From positions 2,048,001-2,112,000 of the forward strand of contig CAXXLQ010000004.1 of NCBI GenBank assembly GCA_963668695.2: a DNA stretch of 64,000 bases, read 5' to 3'. Position numbers and translations under genes: made by a program. Source of the DNA: Vicinamibacteria bacterium (GTDB lineage: Bacteria > Acidobacteriota > Vicinamibacteria > Marinacidobacterales > Marinacidobacteraceae). Shown piece after piece: positions 1 through 9,571 of this stretch; the first letter of the stretch is position 1; each line of letters begins with the position of its first letter. The notes under the pieces were generated by a model. The model saw only the letters and a program-made list of their open reading frames with translations. It searched no databases and was not told the DNA's origin.

Positions 1-113
1 CGCGCTCGGCCGCGAAGTCTTCTTGAAGACATAGGAGCGCCGGTGTTCACACCGGCATCGCGGCCGCAGGCCGCGAAACTCCCACCGCCAATCTCACCGA
101 TTGACCAGACCTA

Positions 114-336
114 GCAGCCTGTGGTGAAACCCGGAAGGCATCCATTCGCGGCGCGCAGCGCCGCGGGGGTGGGGTGTGGGGAGGGGTTTCCCCTCCCCAC
201 GAAAGACGGTGGTGCGAATCGCGCAGCGATTCGCACCACCAACCCGTGGGGAAAGCGCCCCGCACGCACACAAACCGACGGATTCGCCGCGCGCGACCTC
301 CTCGGGCTCGTGCGGGGTGCTTTCACCACGGGCTGC
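114..336. mobile_element. MITE-like element: family A termini with family D interior
   Basis: TA-gcagcctgtggtgaaa...tttcaccacgggctgc-TA, i.e. inverted termini with flanking TA; interior resembles 14520-14950. Confidence 0.65.
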
Positions 337-393
337 TAACCGGGGACGGCGAAACGCCGTGGGGACGCGTGGGTGGCGTTGCGCCACCCTTCC

Positions 394-1713
394 CTACCCC
401 CGATCCACCGCCAATACCGCCCGTCGCAGCAGATCCACCCCCCGGGCGCAGTCTTCCCAGGACGTCCACTCGTCGGGGGCGTGGCTGATCCCGCTCCGGC
501 TGGGGACGAAGATCATCCCCGTGGGGATGCCGTGCCGGGCGGTGTTCTGGGCGTCGTGGCCGGCGCGGCTCGGGAGCGAGAGCGGCTCGTGACCCGCCTC
601 CCGGGCGACTCGGTAGAGCAGCGCCCGGAGCCCGGGATCCATGTCGGCGGGAGGCTCGCGGAGCGTCCGGTGGATCGCGACCGCGCAGTCCGTGGCTTCG
701 GCCAACCGGGTTCCCCGCGCCCCGATCCGCTCGATGATGTCGTCCACCACCTCGTCCTTCAGGTCGCGCAGTTCGATCGGGAACCGCACGGCGCCCGGCA
801 CCACGTTGGCCGCATCGGGCGAGACGGCGAGCTGGCCCACGTTGCCGACCTGTTCCCCCGGGAGGGCCCGGATCTCTTCGTGGACCGCGACGATCAGGTG
901 CGCGGCGGTGAGCATGGCGTCCTTCCGTTCGGCCATCGGGGTGGTGCCGGCGTGGTTCTGGAACCCGCCGACGTTCACCTCGAACCGGTGGATTCCCACG
1001 ATGCCCTCCACGACCGCGACCCGGCAGCCCTCCCGTTCCAGGTTCCCGCCCTGCTCGATGTGGAGTTCGAAGACCGCCCGCACCCGGCGCGGGTCCAGGA
1101 CGGCGCGCTCCAGCGCCCGGGGATCGAGCCCGTAGCGCTCGATCCATTCGTGGAGGCTGAGCCCGTCCTCTCCGACCCGGTCGAGTTCGCCGGCGTGGAT
1201 GCCTCCGGTCGCGGCGCGGCTGCCGAAGAGTCCGTTCCCGAAGTGGGCGCCCTCCTCGTCGCACCAGACGACCATCTCCAGCGGGTGGCGCGTTTCCACG
1301 CGCTGCTCCGCGAGGGCGCGCAGCACTTCGAGCGCTCCCAGCACGCCGAGCGTACCGTCGTAGTGGCCGCCCCGCGGCACCGTATCGAGGTGGGACCCGA
1401 AGAGGATGGCCGGGAGGGGCTCCTTTCCCTCGCGCCGGCCGAAGAGGTTGCCGGCCGGATCGGTGCGCACGAGAAGTCCGGCGCTTTCCATCTCGCCGGT
1501 AATCCAGGCGCGCGCCGCGAGCTCGTCTTTCGAAAAGGCCAGTCGCTGGGCGCCTCCATCGGGATGGGGGCCGAAGCGGGAGAGCCGGATCAGCGAGTCC
1601 TTGAGGCGTCCCGCGTTGATTCCCAGGGTCTCCTCGCCGGGCAGATCGTGTTGGAGTTCGGATTCGGTCCGTCGTCTGGGAAACTTTTGTCGTCCGTTGG
1701 ATGTTTTATCCAT
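394..1713 (-). CDS. Zn-dependent amidohydrolase, M20 family (allantoate amidohydrolase / N-carbamoyl-L-amino acid hydrolase type)
   Basis: GSHLDTVPRGGHYDG, DEEG, ELHIEQG, NHAGTTPM, AGHDA and GISH motifs; start codon uncertain. Confidence 0.9.
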   Translation of the reverse strand: MDKTSNGRQKFPRRRTESELQHDLPGEETLGINAGRLKDSLIRLSRFGPHPDGGAQRLAFSKDELAARAWITGEMESAGLLVRTDPAGNLFGRREGKEPLPAILFGSHLDTVPRGGHYDGTLGVLGALEVLRALAEQRVETRHPLEMVVWCDEEGAHFGNGLFGSRAATGGIHAGELDRVGEDGLSLHEWIERYGLDPRALERAVLDPRRVRAVFELHIEQGGNLEREGCRVAVVEGIVGIHRFEVNVGGFQNHAGTTPMAERKDAMLTAAHLIVAVHEEIRALPGEQVGNVGQLAVSPDAANVVPGAVRFPIELRDLKDEVVDDIIERIGARGTRLAEATDCAVAIHRTLREPPADMDPGLRALLYRVAREAGHEPLSLPSRAGHDAQNTARHGIPTGMIFVPSRSGISHAPDEWTSWEDCARGVDLLRRAVLAVDRG

Positions 1714-1750
1714 ACGGCACTGATTCTCTCTCCGTCCCGGACTTTCCTCC

Positions 1751-2440
1751 ATGTTCTTCTTTGATCCTCTCTATTTCCTGATGCTGGCGCCCGCCATCGC
1801 GCTCACCCTGTGGGCGACGTTCAAGGTGAAGCGCACCTTCGCCCGCTACAACCGGGTCCCGGTCTCGAGCGGACGCAGCGGCCGCGAGACCGCCGAGATG
1901 CTGCTCCGCCGCCAGGGCATCCATATCCCCGTGGAGCAGCACCCGGGAGCGCTTTCCGACCACTACGACCCCCGTGTCCGGGTGCTCCGGCTCTCGCCCG
2001 AGGTGTACGGCGGACGGACGGTGGGAGCGGTGGCGGTGGCCGCCCACGAGGTCGGGCACGCCATGCAGCACCACGCCGGCTATCAGCCGCTGATGTTCCG
2101 TCAGGTTCTCGCGCGGCCGGCGAGTTTCGCTTCGAACATCTCCATTTTCCTGCTGATCGGCGGCTTCCTGTTCGGAGCTCTCGGGTTGGTTCAGCTCGGA
2201 ATCGCGCTCTTCTCGCTCGTCGTGCTGTTCCAGGTGGTGACACTGCCGGTGGAACTGAACGCTTCCCGGCGCGCCAAGGCGCTCGTCTGGGAAACCGGGA
2301 TCATCACCCCCGAAGAACGGCATGGCGTGTCCAAAGTACTGAGCGCCGCCGCGATGACCTACGTCGCCGCCGCTCTCACGGGCATCCTGACCCTGCTCTA
2401 CTACCTGCTCCGCTCCGGCTTTCTCGGCGGCGACGAATAA
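1751..2440 (+). CDS. YugP-like membrane zinc metallopeptidase
   Basis: LSDHYDP, AAHEVGHAMQH (HExxH), TLPVELNAS, AAAMTYVAAA; hydrophobic helices. Confidence 0.9.
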   Translation: MFFFDPLYFLMLAPAIALTLWATFKVKRTFARYNRVPVSSGRSGRETAEMLLRRQGIHIPVEQHPGALSDHYDPRVRVLRLSPEVYGGRTVGAVAVAAHEVGHAMQHHAGYQPLMFRQVLARPASFASNISIFLLIGGFLFGALGLVQLGIALFSLVVLFQVVTLPVELNASRRAKALVWETGIITPEERHGVSKVLSAAAMTYVAAALTGILTLLYYLLRSGFLGGDE

Positions 2441-2445
2441 ACGTC

Positions 2446-2606
2446 GCAGCGAACTCCGTTCGCTGCCCGCGTTTTCGGGGGAAAGTGTGAAAGGGGGGAT
2501 TCTCCCCTTTCACAAAACGGTAACGACGAATCGGAACTCGCCGCCGCCCGCCGCAGGCGGGCAAGGGAGTTTCGGTTCGCGGCGCGAAGCGCCGGGCGGT
2601 CCGGAA
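2446..2606 (+). repeat. Family C multi-hairpin repeat
   Basis: Hairpins gcagcgaac/gttcgctgc, gtgaaagggg/cccctttcac, cggcgc-gaa-gcgccg; about 8 copies in the window. Confidence 0.8.
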
Positions 2607-2685
2607 CCGGGGTTCACCCCCAGTCCGTTCTACTTCCCGGACTCATTCGCGAACATGCCCCGGTTCCGGAGCGCTCGACGTGTCG

Positions 2686-2787
2686 CTGAGCGCCGCGGCG
2701 ATGACCTACGTTGCCGCGGCGCTCACCGGCGTCGTGACCCTGCTCTACTACCTGCTCCGCTCCGGCCTGCTCGGCGGCGACGACTAG
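2686..2787 (+). pseudogene. Diverged duplicate of the last 34 codons of the YugP-like gene
   Basis: Ungapped match to 2339-2440 with 11 of 102 nt different; reads LSAAAMTYVAAALTGVVTLLYYLLRSGLLGGDD*. Confidence 0.85.
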
Positions 2788-3157
2788 ACAGCGGCGGGTT
2801 CGTTCCTGGACAACCCAGACGCCTCCTCCCCTCTCAAACCCCTCCCATCCCGGGATGGATCGCCAGCCGAACGCCGCGTGGGTTTCATCACCGGTTGTTC
2901 AGCCGGGATGGATCGCCGGCCGAACGCCGTGTGGGTTGTGCCACAGGCTGTTATGGCACCGACCTGGCCGGGGACGGCGAGACGCTCTGCTGGCCAGCGC
3001 CCCAGGGCAGTGACGCTCCGCCCCCCGCCCTCATGGCCAGCGACAGCGGAAGCGCGTACTCCCAACCACACTTACGTGACTGGGAAGGCCACCCCCAACC
3101 CCCCGCTCCCGGACCGCAATCCCGGATGACGAACTGCCGAACGCGCAAGAAACTCAT

Positions 3158-3318
3158 GGCAGCGAACTTTGTTTGCTGCCTGCGATTTCGGGGGAAAGTG
3201 TGAAAGGGGGGATTCTCCCCTTTCACAAGAAGGTAACGACCAATCGGAACTCGCCGCCGCGCGCCTTGGCGCGCAAGGGAGTTTCGATTGCCGGCGCGGA
3301 GCGCCGGGCGGTTCGGGA
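3158..3318 (+). repeat. Family C multi-hairpin repeat
   Basis: Direct similarity to 2446-2606. Confidence 0.8.
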
Positions 3319-3395
3319 GCGGGGCGCTTGGATCAGGCGGCTCTGATGTTTCCGCTGCTGATTTCTTGGTGCGCCCCGCCCCCGGACCGCTCGAC

Positions 3396-5054
3396 CTACT
3401 GTTGCATCGTGGTTTCGCCGACCATGGCTTCCGCGTCCGCCAGCCCCGGGAGATCCGGACCGCGCTCCGGAGTGCTGAGGAGCTGTTCGAAGTAGCGGCG
3501 GGCCGCTTCCTCGTCGCCGATAGCGGCCGCGGCGCGCGCGGCGCCGTAGAGCGAATGGGGCCGCTTCGCGGTCCGCTGGAGCGAGGTCTCGAAGACTTGA
3601 AGAGCCGTTTCGGCGTCGCCGGTATCGAGCAGCATGTCGCCTAGCAGCTCGTGGGCGGGCTGGATCGGCGAATCGATGGGGGACTCGCCCGGAGGCCCGG
3701 AGGGAGGCTCCATGCCTTCCGCCACCTCCACCGCCATGCGGAAGGCCTTGAGGGCGCCGTCGCGGTCGCCCTCGGCCTTGGCGAGCACGCCCGCCATCTC
3801 GTGGGCCATCACCGCCGCCTGCTCGGCGCCGCGCGGGTTCTCGTCATTCTCGAGCATCGCTTGGATCTTCTGCAGTCCTTCGAGCGCTTTCTTCGCGGTT
3901 TCGATGTCCCCGGTCTCGGCGGCGCTAACCCCGCGGGCATAGATCATCGCGCCGGCGGTGCGGTGGCCGACCTCGGGTTCGTCGCCGTCAATTTGCGCCA
4001 CCAGATCGTCCACCGGCTCGGGCTTCCAGCGCCGCGTCTCCACCGTGTGCAGGGCATCCATGCGGAGCCAGGTCTCTTTCATCCCGCCCGTCATTTCGTC
4101 GCGCTTGGTGAGTTCCCCGAACTCGTCGAGCAACGCCTGGGAGTCGTCGTAGCGGCCCTCCTCAAGGTAGGCGTAGAGGAGCCAATAGAGCGCGTGGTAG
4201 GAGTAGCGCGCCGGTGAGAGACCCTTCTTCTCCGCGCGGTCGATCGAGGCCTGGTAGGAACGGGTGTTGAGGCCCCGAACCTGGTCCCACATCCCGTGCT
4301 GAACGAAGATGTGCGAGGGCATGTGGAGCGCGTGCACCGCCGCCGGGGCGATGTCCGAGTACTTCTCGGCCGCGTAGAGCGCCACCGGGGCGTGCACCGG
4401 GTCGTCGTAGGCGTGGATCACGTAGTGGGCCGCGCCGGGATGGTCAGGGTTCTCCCGGAACACCCGCTGGGCGATGGCGCCGGCGCGCATGTCAACCCGC
4501 TGGCTGGCTCCGCCCCGGACCCGGGTGCGCATGAGGGCGAGCGCATGGAACGCCGCCGCTTCGAGATCGTCGGGATAGGCGGCCGTCAACTCCGCCAGCG
4601 CCGCCTCGTAATCGTCACTCCGTTCCTGAAGGTCGCCGGGTCCGTAGAGGATGTGGGTCGACTCGAGATAGCGCTTCTCGCGGTCGGTCTTCGCCTTCGC
4701 GACCCGCTCGGCGCGGGTCTTCCCGAGCTTCAGCAGCGCGGCCCGCGCTTTCGACATGTCCTGTCCCGCCGGGGCGTGGTGGCCGCCGGTATGGCTCAGG
4801 GCCTCTCCCCAGTAGGCGAGCGCGAAGTCGGGGTCGGCTGCCTGGGCGCGCTGGAACGCCTCGGCGGCGTCCTCCCACTCGAAGCTGTGGAGCAGGCCGA
4901 CGCCGTCGATGAAGTCCTTTTGGGCCGCCTCGTTACCGGAGTTCGGGAACGAGATGGTGCCGAGACCGCTCGACTGGGCGAGGACGGGGGAGGCTGCGAG
5001 GGCGAGGAGGGCCGCGCCCAGCGCAGCCCGCATACAGAGTGTCCGGAAAGTCAT
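3396..5054 (-). CDS. Secreted TPR-like helical-repeat protein
   Basis: Signal peptide ending VLA-Q; DPDFALAYWGEAL, HPGAAHYVIHAYD, HALHMPSHIF; AAGGAG ribosome-binding site upstream. Confidence 0.8.
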   Translation of the reverse strand: MTFRTLCMRAALGAALLALAASPVLAQSSGLGTISFPNSGNEAAQKDFIDGVGLLHSFEWEDAAEAFQRAQAADPDFALAYWGEALSHTGGHHAPAGQDMSKARAALLKLGKTRAERVAKAKTDREKRYLESTHILYGPGDLQERSDDYEAALAELTAAYPDDLEAAAFHALALMRTRVRGGASQRVDMRAGAIAQRVFRENPDHPGAAHYVIHAYDDPVHAPVALYAAEKYSDIAPAAVHALHMPSHIFVQHGMWDQVRGLNTRSYQASIDRAEKKGLSPARYSYHALYWLLYAYLEEGRYDDSQALLDEFGELTKRDEMTGGMKETWLRMDALHTVETRRWKPEPVDDLVAQIDGDEPEVGHRTAGAMIYARGVSAAETGDIETAKKALEGLQKIQAMLENDENPRGAEQAAVMAHEMAGVLAKAEGDRDGALKAFRMAVEVAEGMEPPSGPPGESPIDSPIQPAHELLGDMLLDTGDAETALQVFETSLQRTAKRPHSLYGAARAAAAIGDEEAARRYFEQLLSTPERGPDLPGLADAEAMVGETTMQQ

Positions 5055-5171
5055 GTGTGGTTCTCCTTGAGGAAATGAGCGGAACGCACCCTTGTACCAG
5101 ACAGCCGGGCCGTCGGCAAGCGTCCCACCGCGCGGCGGAACCGCGGTCCGGGTCGCCCCGGTGTTGCGGGG

Positions 5172-6131
5172 TCAGCCCGAGGGGATGGGCAGCACGCTCC
5201 GGATCGGGAAGAACAGACGTCCCTCGCGTCCCGCGGCCTGCGGGAACTCCCATCCGGACACGATGCCGAGCACCCGGGGAGTGACCTCGGGCAGGGTGAT
5301 TTCGAGGATCTCGGTGTGATTCACGGCGCCTTCTTCGTCCAGGTGGACGCGGAGGCGCAGGATGCCTTCCGCGTTCCCGACCAGCGGCGACCGGAGCTCC
5401 CGCAGCCGAGGATCGTCCGGCGGCCGTAGCCGGACGGCCGGCGGCGAAGCCGGACCTTCGAGGCGCCGGAAAGTGATCCCGAACGCCAGGTAGATGTTCT
5501 GATTCCGGATACCCTCGTAAAGCTTCTCCCGGGCCGCGAGGTCGCCGGGCTCCCGGAACCACGACAGGTAGCGGCTGAGCGGTATCTCGAAGTTGAGGCC
5601 GCTGACGATCCGGGTCATTCCCGGCTCGATCGGCCCCTGCAGCTTGATTTCCTGGGCCGCGGTTCCGGTGCGGAGGAGATCGAAGTCCAGCCGGAAGCGC
5701 CCGGGCGGTCCGTTCGCCTCCGGTGTGTCCCTCCCGGAGACGGGTCCGCTTGCCCGAGCGTCTGCGGCGGCGGGCCGCACGCGCATCCGGATGGCCCGCC
5801 TGCCGTCCTGCCGTCTGATTTCCCATTTGGCCTCGGCCGCAGCCGGCGCGGGCCCGAACGTCAGGAGCTGGGCGAAGTAGGCGTCCGGGATCCGGCGGGC
5901 AAGCGTCGCGAGCCATTCGGAGACCTGGACCGAGGTTCCGTCGCTGTCCACCCCGAACGAGAGGTCTTCGATCGGGGAAAAGTCCGAGTTCAAGCGCCGG
6001 ATCTCGAAGACCCGCACCTCGACCACCAGCGGTCCGGCATCCTCTCGGCCGTCCGGGGCAGCGGCGGCCGTCCCGGCCGCGGCGGCGAACGCCAGTGCGG
6101 CGAAAACGAGGCCGCGCGCGCGCCTTTGCAT
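5172..6131 (-). CDS. Secreted hypothetical protein with possible TonB-C-like C-terminal domain
   Basis: Signal peptide; C-terminal EGILRLRVHLDEEGAV...WEF pattern; TACACT box 7 nt before ATG. Confidence 0.55.
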   Translation of the reverse strand: MQRRARGLVFAALAFAAAAGTAAAAPDGREDAGPLVVEVRVFEIRRLNSDFSPIEDLSFGVDSDGTSVQVSEWLATLARRIPDAYFAQLLTFGPAPAAAEAKWEIRRQDGRRAIRMRVRPAAADARASGPVSGRDTPEANGPPGRFRLDFDLLRTGTAAQEIKLQGPIEPGMTRIVSGLNFEIPLSRYLSWFREPGDLAAREKLYEGIRNQNIYLAFGITFRRLEGPASPPAVRLRPPDDPRLRELRSPLVGNAEGILRLRVHLDEEGAVNHTEILEITLPEVTPRVLGIVSGWEFPQAAGREGRLFFPIRSVLPIPSG

Positions 6132-6192
6132 CCGCCGGAGTGTATGGGTTCTCCACCGCTCGGATCCCGTTCCCGCTTGCTACGCTTGCGGC

Positions 6193-7527
6193 ATGACCGT
6201 GAGTACGATTTCCGCTGCTGTTTCGCGGGGGCCGAGCCCCGCCGAAGTCCACGACATCCTTCGCCGGCATCTCATCACGGACGGGCTGGACCTCGTCCTC
6301 GATCTCGACGAAAGCCACGGGGCGTGGATGCGCTGCGCCCGCACCGGCCGGGATTTTCTCGACTGTTTTTCCTATTTCGCGACGAACCCCATCGGCCACA
6401 ACCATCCGGGGGTCACCAATCCCGCGTTCCTGGAGCGTCTGGGTCGGGTCGCGGTCCACAAACCGTCGAACTCGGACTTCTACACCGTCGAGATGGCCCG
6501 TTTTCTCGAGACCTTCTCCCGCCTCGCCGTCCCGGAAGGGATGCCGCACGCCTTCTTCGTCGCTGGCGGCAGCGTGGCGGTGGAGAACGCGCTCAAGACC
6601 GCCTTCGACTGGAAGGTGCGGAAGAACCTCGCCGCCGGGAAGGGCGAGCGGGGCAGCAAGATCATCCACTTCCGGCAGGCCTTCCACGGGCGGACCGGCT
6701 ACGCCCTCTCGATCACGAACACCGAGCCGATGAAGGTGGCCTATTTCCCCAAGTTCGACTGGCCGCGCATCGAGAATCCCTACATCCGCTTCCCGGAAGC
6801 CGAGCGTCTCGCTGAGACGGAAGCCGCCGAGGCGCGGGCGCTCGCCGCGATCGAGGCCGCGGTGGCCGAAGATCCCGACGACATCGCCGGCCTCATCATC
6901 GAACCGATCCAGGGGGAGGGCGGCGACCTCCACTTCCGGCGCGAGTTTTTCGAGGCGCTGCGGCGGCTGGCCGACGAGCACGAGTTCCTGCTCATCTTCG
7001 ACGAGGTGCAGACCGGGGTGGGGATGACCGGCCGGATGTGGTGTTTCGAGCACTTCGGGGTCCAGCCGGACATCCTCGCCTTCGGCAAGAAAACGCAGGT
7101 CTGCGGCATCCTCGCGAGCCGCCGGGTGGACGAGGTGGAGGACAACGTCTTCCGGCTGCCCTCGCGGATCAACTCGACCTGGGGCGGCAACCTGGTGGAC
7201 ATGGTCCGGTTCGGCCGCTATCTCGAGATCATCCAGGAAGAGAAGCTGATCGACAACGCCACCCGGGTCGGCCGGGTGATTCTGGACGGCTTCCACGATC
7301 TGGCCCGGGAGGCCGGCGGCCGGATGACCGCCGTCCGCGGCCGGGGCCTCATGTGCGCCTTCGACCTCCCGGATAGGGAGGAGCGCGACCGCTTCCTGGC
7401 CCGGGCCTACGAGAACCGGCTCCTCATCCTCGGCTGCGGTGCGCGCTCGGTGCGCGTCCGCCCGAACCTCTCGCTGACCGAGGACGAGGCGGGAACGGTC
7501 CTCTCGCTGATCGCCCGCTCGCTCTAG
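6193..7527 (+). CDS. lat: L-lysine 6-transaminase
   Basis: KPSNSDFYT, AVENALKTAFDWK, FDEVQTG, FGKKTQVCG, RINSTWGGNLVDM. Confidence 0.92.
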   Translation: MTVSTISAAVSRGPSPAEVHDILRRHLITDGLDLVLDLDESHGAWMRCARTGRDFLDCFSYFATNPIGHNHPGVTNPAFLERLGRVAVHKPSNSDFYTVEMARFLETFSRLAVPEGMPHAFFVAGGSVAVENALKTAFDWKVRKNLAAGKGERGSKIIHFRQAFHGRTGYALSITNTEPMKVAYFPKFDWPRIENPYIRFPEAERLAETEAAEARALAAIEAAVAEDPDDIAGLIIEPIQGEGGDLHFRREFFEALRRLADEHEFLLIFDEVQTGVGMTGRMWCFEHFGVQPDILAFGKKTQVCGILASRRVDEVEDNVFRLPSRINSTWGGNLVDMVRFGRYLEIIQEEKLIDNATRVGRVILDGFHDLAREAGGRMTAVRGRGLMCAFDLPDREERDRFLARAYENRLLILGCGARSVRVRPNLSLTEDEAGTVLSLIARSL

Positions 7528-7800
7528 GAGCGCCGGCCAGTCCTCCCGGTGGGGGCCTTCAGACCGGCATCGCTGGCCGCAGGCCAGCGAAACTCCCGCT
7601 TCCCGACTCCCTCAAGTCGCGTCCAACCCGGGGGATGGTTCCGCGCTGAAACTCCCATCGTCCGTCCCCGCATGGCACCGCGGTGAATAGGAGCGCCGGG
7701 CAGTTCTCCCGGTGGGGCCCTTCAGACTAGGAGCGCCGGTGTTCACACCGGCATCGCCCCGCGTAGCGCGCTGAAACTCCCCTCGCTATTCCCCGCATAG
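7527..7800 (+). repeat. Family B REP-like hairpin repeat cluster
   Basis: ggagcgccgg-tgttcaca-ccggcatcgc hairpin and variants carrying the 18-bp insert; begins at the lat stop codon. Confidence 0.7.
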
Positions 7801-7943
7801 CGCTGCGCGCAACAGGGATGGCGCGATGGAAACCCAAGGGGCGCTTCGCCGTCCTCGCGGTGGGTCCGGGCAATGGGCGAGGGCAGCGAGACTCACACCG
7901 TTACTCCCTGGTTGGCCTGCCGTCACCCGGGCCAGGCGGCCCG

Positions 7944-8654
7944 TCAGAAGACCCCGAGCGCGGCTTCGCTCACCCGCACCAGCGCCCAGAGCACCGCCGC
8001 GGTCCCGAGCGGCACGAACAGGTTGTCGCTTCCGAAGGGGCAGACCGCTTCGATCCCGGCCGCCGCGGTCCCCGTCACCAGCCCGAAAGCGACCGCGGGG
8101 TGCCAGGAGAAGCCCGCCATCGTGTTGAGCACCAAGGCGACGACCACCCCCGTGACCAGGAACATCGCCATGCTCCCTTCCATCGTTCGCGAGTGGCCGA
8201 GGATCGTGTAGCGCCGGGTTCCGTAGCGCTTCCCGAAAACGGCGGCCGCAGCGTCGCCCAGCGCCATGGTGAGAAGGCCCGCCACCGCCACGAAGGCCTC
8301 GTCATTCGGGGCTCCGGGCCGGAAGAAGACGGCGAGCAGCGTAGCGAAGGAGATGGGGAAGAACACCGTGCCCAGGTTCGCCGGGTCGTCGTCGAGTGCG
8401 GGCAGCAGCCGGAAGCGGTGGATGACGTAGTTGGAGACCACGAAGGTCACGGGCGGGATGATTGCCACCCGCCAGTCGGAGAAGACGAAGACCGTCGGCA
8501 CCACCCAGAGCCCGACGCCGGCGTGGACGATCTTGCGCGCGGTGTCCGGCGAGGTTTTGCCGCCCCGGCGCAGCAGTTCGGTGCCGAGCAGCAGCGCGCC
8601 GACATAGCCGTAGCTGAGGAGGAGGGCGGTGGGGTGGGGCAGCGGAAGGGTCAT
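7944..8654 (-). CDS. Phytol/dolichol kinase family membrane protein (CTP-dependent)
   Basis: RKIVH, GDAAAAVFG, RTMEGS, SDNLFVP; multiple transmembrane helices. Confidence 0.85.
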   Translation of the reverse strand: MTLPLPHPTALLLSYGYVGALLLGTELLRRGGKTSPDTARKIVHAGVGLWVVPTVFVFSDWRVAIIPPVTFVVSNYVIHRFRLLPALDDDPANLGTVFFPISFATLLAVFFRPGAPNDEAFVAVAGLLTMALGDAAAAVFGKRYGTRRYTILGHSRTMEGSMAMFLVTGVVVALVLNTMAGFSWHPAVAFGLVTGTAAAGIEAVCPFGSDNLFVPLGTAAVLWALVRVSEAALGVF

Positions 8655-8697
8655 GCGCGCTCTGCGAGCCCGGTGCGCTTCCGCGTCTGTGCCGGCA

Positions 8698-9571
8698 TCA
8701 GGTGGGCCCTGGAGTTCGGAGTTTTTCCAGCCGTTCGATCAACTTCCATACATCCGTAAAAGAGGACGCGCCCGAGTCGGAGACGCGCTTTGCATTTGAG
8801 ACCGCTGTCGGGATCCGATCGGCGATGCGTTCGAAGACTCCGGCGTCGTTCTTCTGGTAGTCCGGTAGATGGCGCCTTAACAGCCGGTGGTGAAACCCAC
8901 GTGAGCGCCGAGGCCGGCCAGTTCTCCCGGTGGGGGCGAGGCCCAGTTCTCCCGGTGGGGCCAGTTCTCCCGGTGGGGGCCCGGCTGACAAGGCGCGTGA
9001 GGGAGGAATACCGGGTGTATTTCGACCGAAACGCAACGCAGAACGCAGCGAAGCGGGGTGGTTCAGCCGGGATGGATCGCCGGTCGAACGCCGCGTGGGT
9101 TTTGCCACAGGCTGTTAGTTCCCGGGTAACTTGAGCGCACGCTGACTGGCCGGGAACCCCGGCAAAAGGCTTGGTCGTGAACTCGAAATGCAGGAGGAGC
9201 CAGAATTCGAAACAGGGCCTCGAGACGGCGACGTGAAATGCCGGCGCTGCGGTCTGCACGCCGGCGCGTATTGCTTTGGATCGAAAATCGGCTACAGCCA
9301 ACTCCCGGCCGTCGTGATCCAGGACGCACCAGATTTCGTCCCCCGGAGACATGCTGCGCGCTTCGCGGCGAACTCGTTCTTGTAGTCGCGCCAACCCAGT
9401 ACCCGGCTCACTTCCCAGCACCCGAACGCTAGGCAATCGGTACCACTGCTTGAGGGCCGAGAAATAGTGGGGCTCGGTCCGTGTACCTTCGCAGAGAATC
9501 AGAATCGAGGAACGGCCCTTGCGCCTCGCTCGCGTACGTTTCCCGAACGGGCGCTGTTTCGCCGAAGCCAC
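8698..9571 (-). pseudogene. RloB-like protein interrupted by a MITE
   Basis: ILCEGTRTEPHYF, WCVLDHD, SRPCFEFWLLLHF; removing 8880-9117 restores ...VTRELRRHLPDYQK...FTDVWKLIERL. Confidence 0.85.
8880..9115. mobile_element. Family A MITE, 236 bp, TA target duplication
   Basis: TA-acagccggtgg...ccacaggctgt-TA; the empty site can be rebuilt from the interrupted reading frame. Confidence 0.9.

Noticed and set aside
2487-2514. Rho-independent terminators at family B/C hairpins
   Set aside because: The hairpins are parts of dispersed repeats and lack consistent U-tracts, so they were not called as terminators.
2339-2787. Diversity-generating retroelement template/variable repeat pair
   Set aside because: Differences are mostly synonymous and not adenine-specific, and no reverse transcriptase is present.
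4933-7296. Long antisense ORFs (also 16347-18443, 20326-22176, 39426-42398, 49897-52872)
   Set aside because: Shadow frames of well-supported genes in high-GC DNA, with no recognisable motifs.
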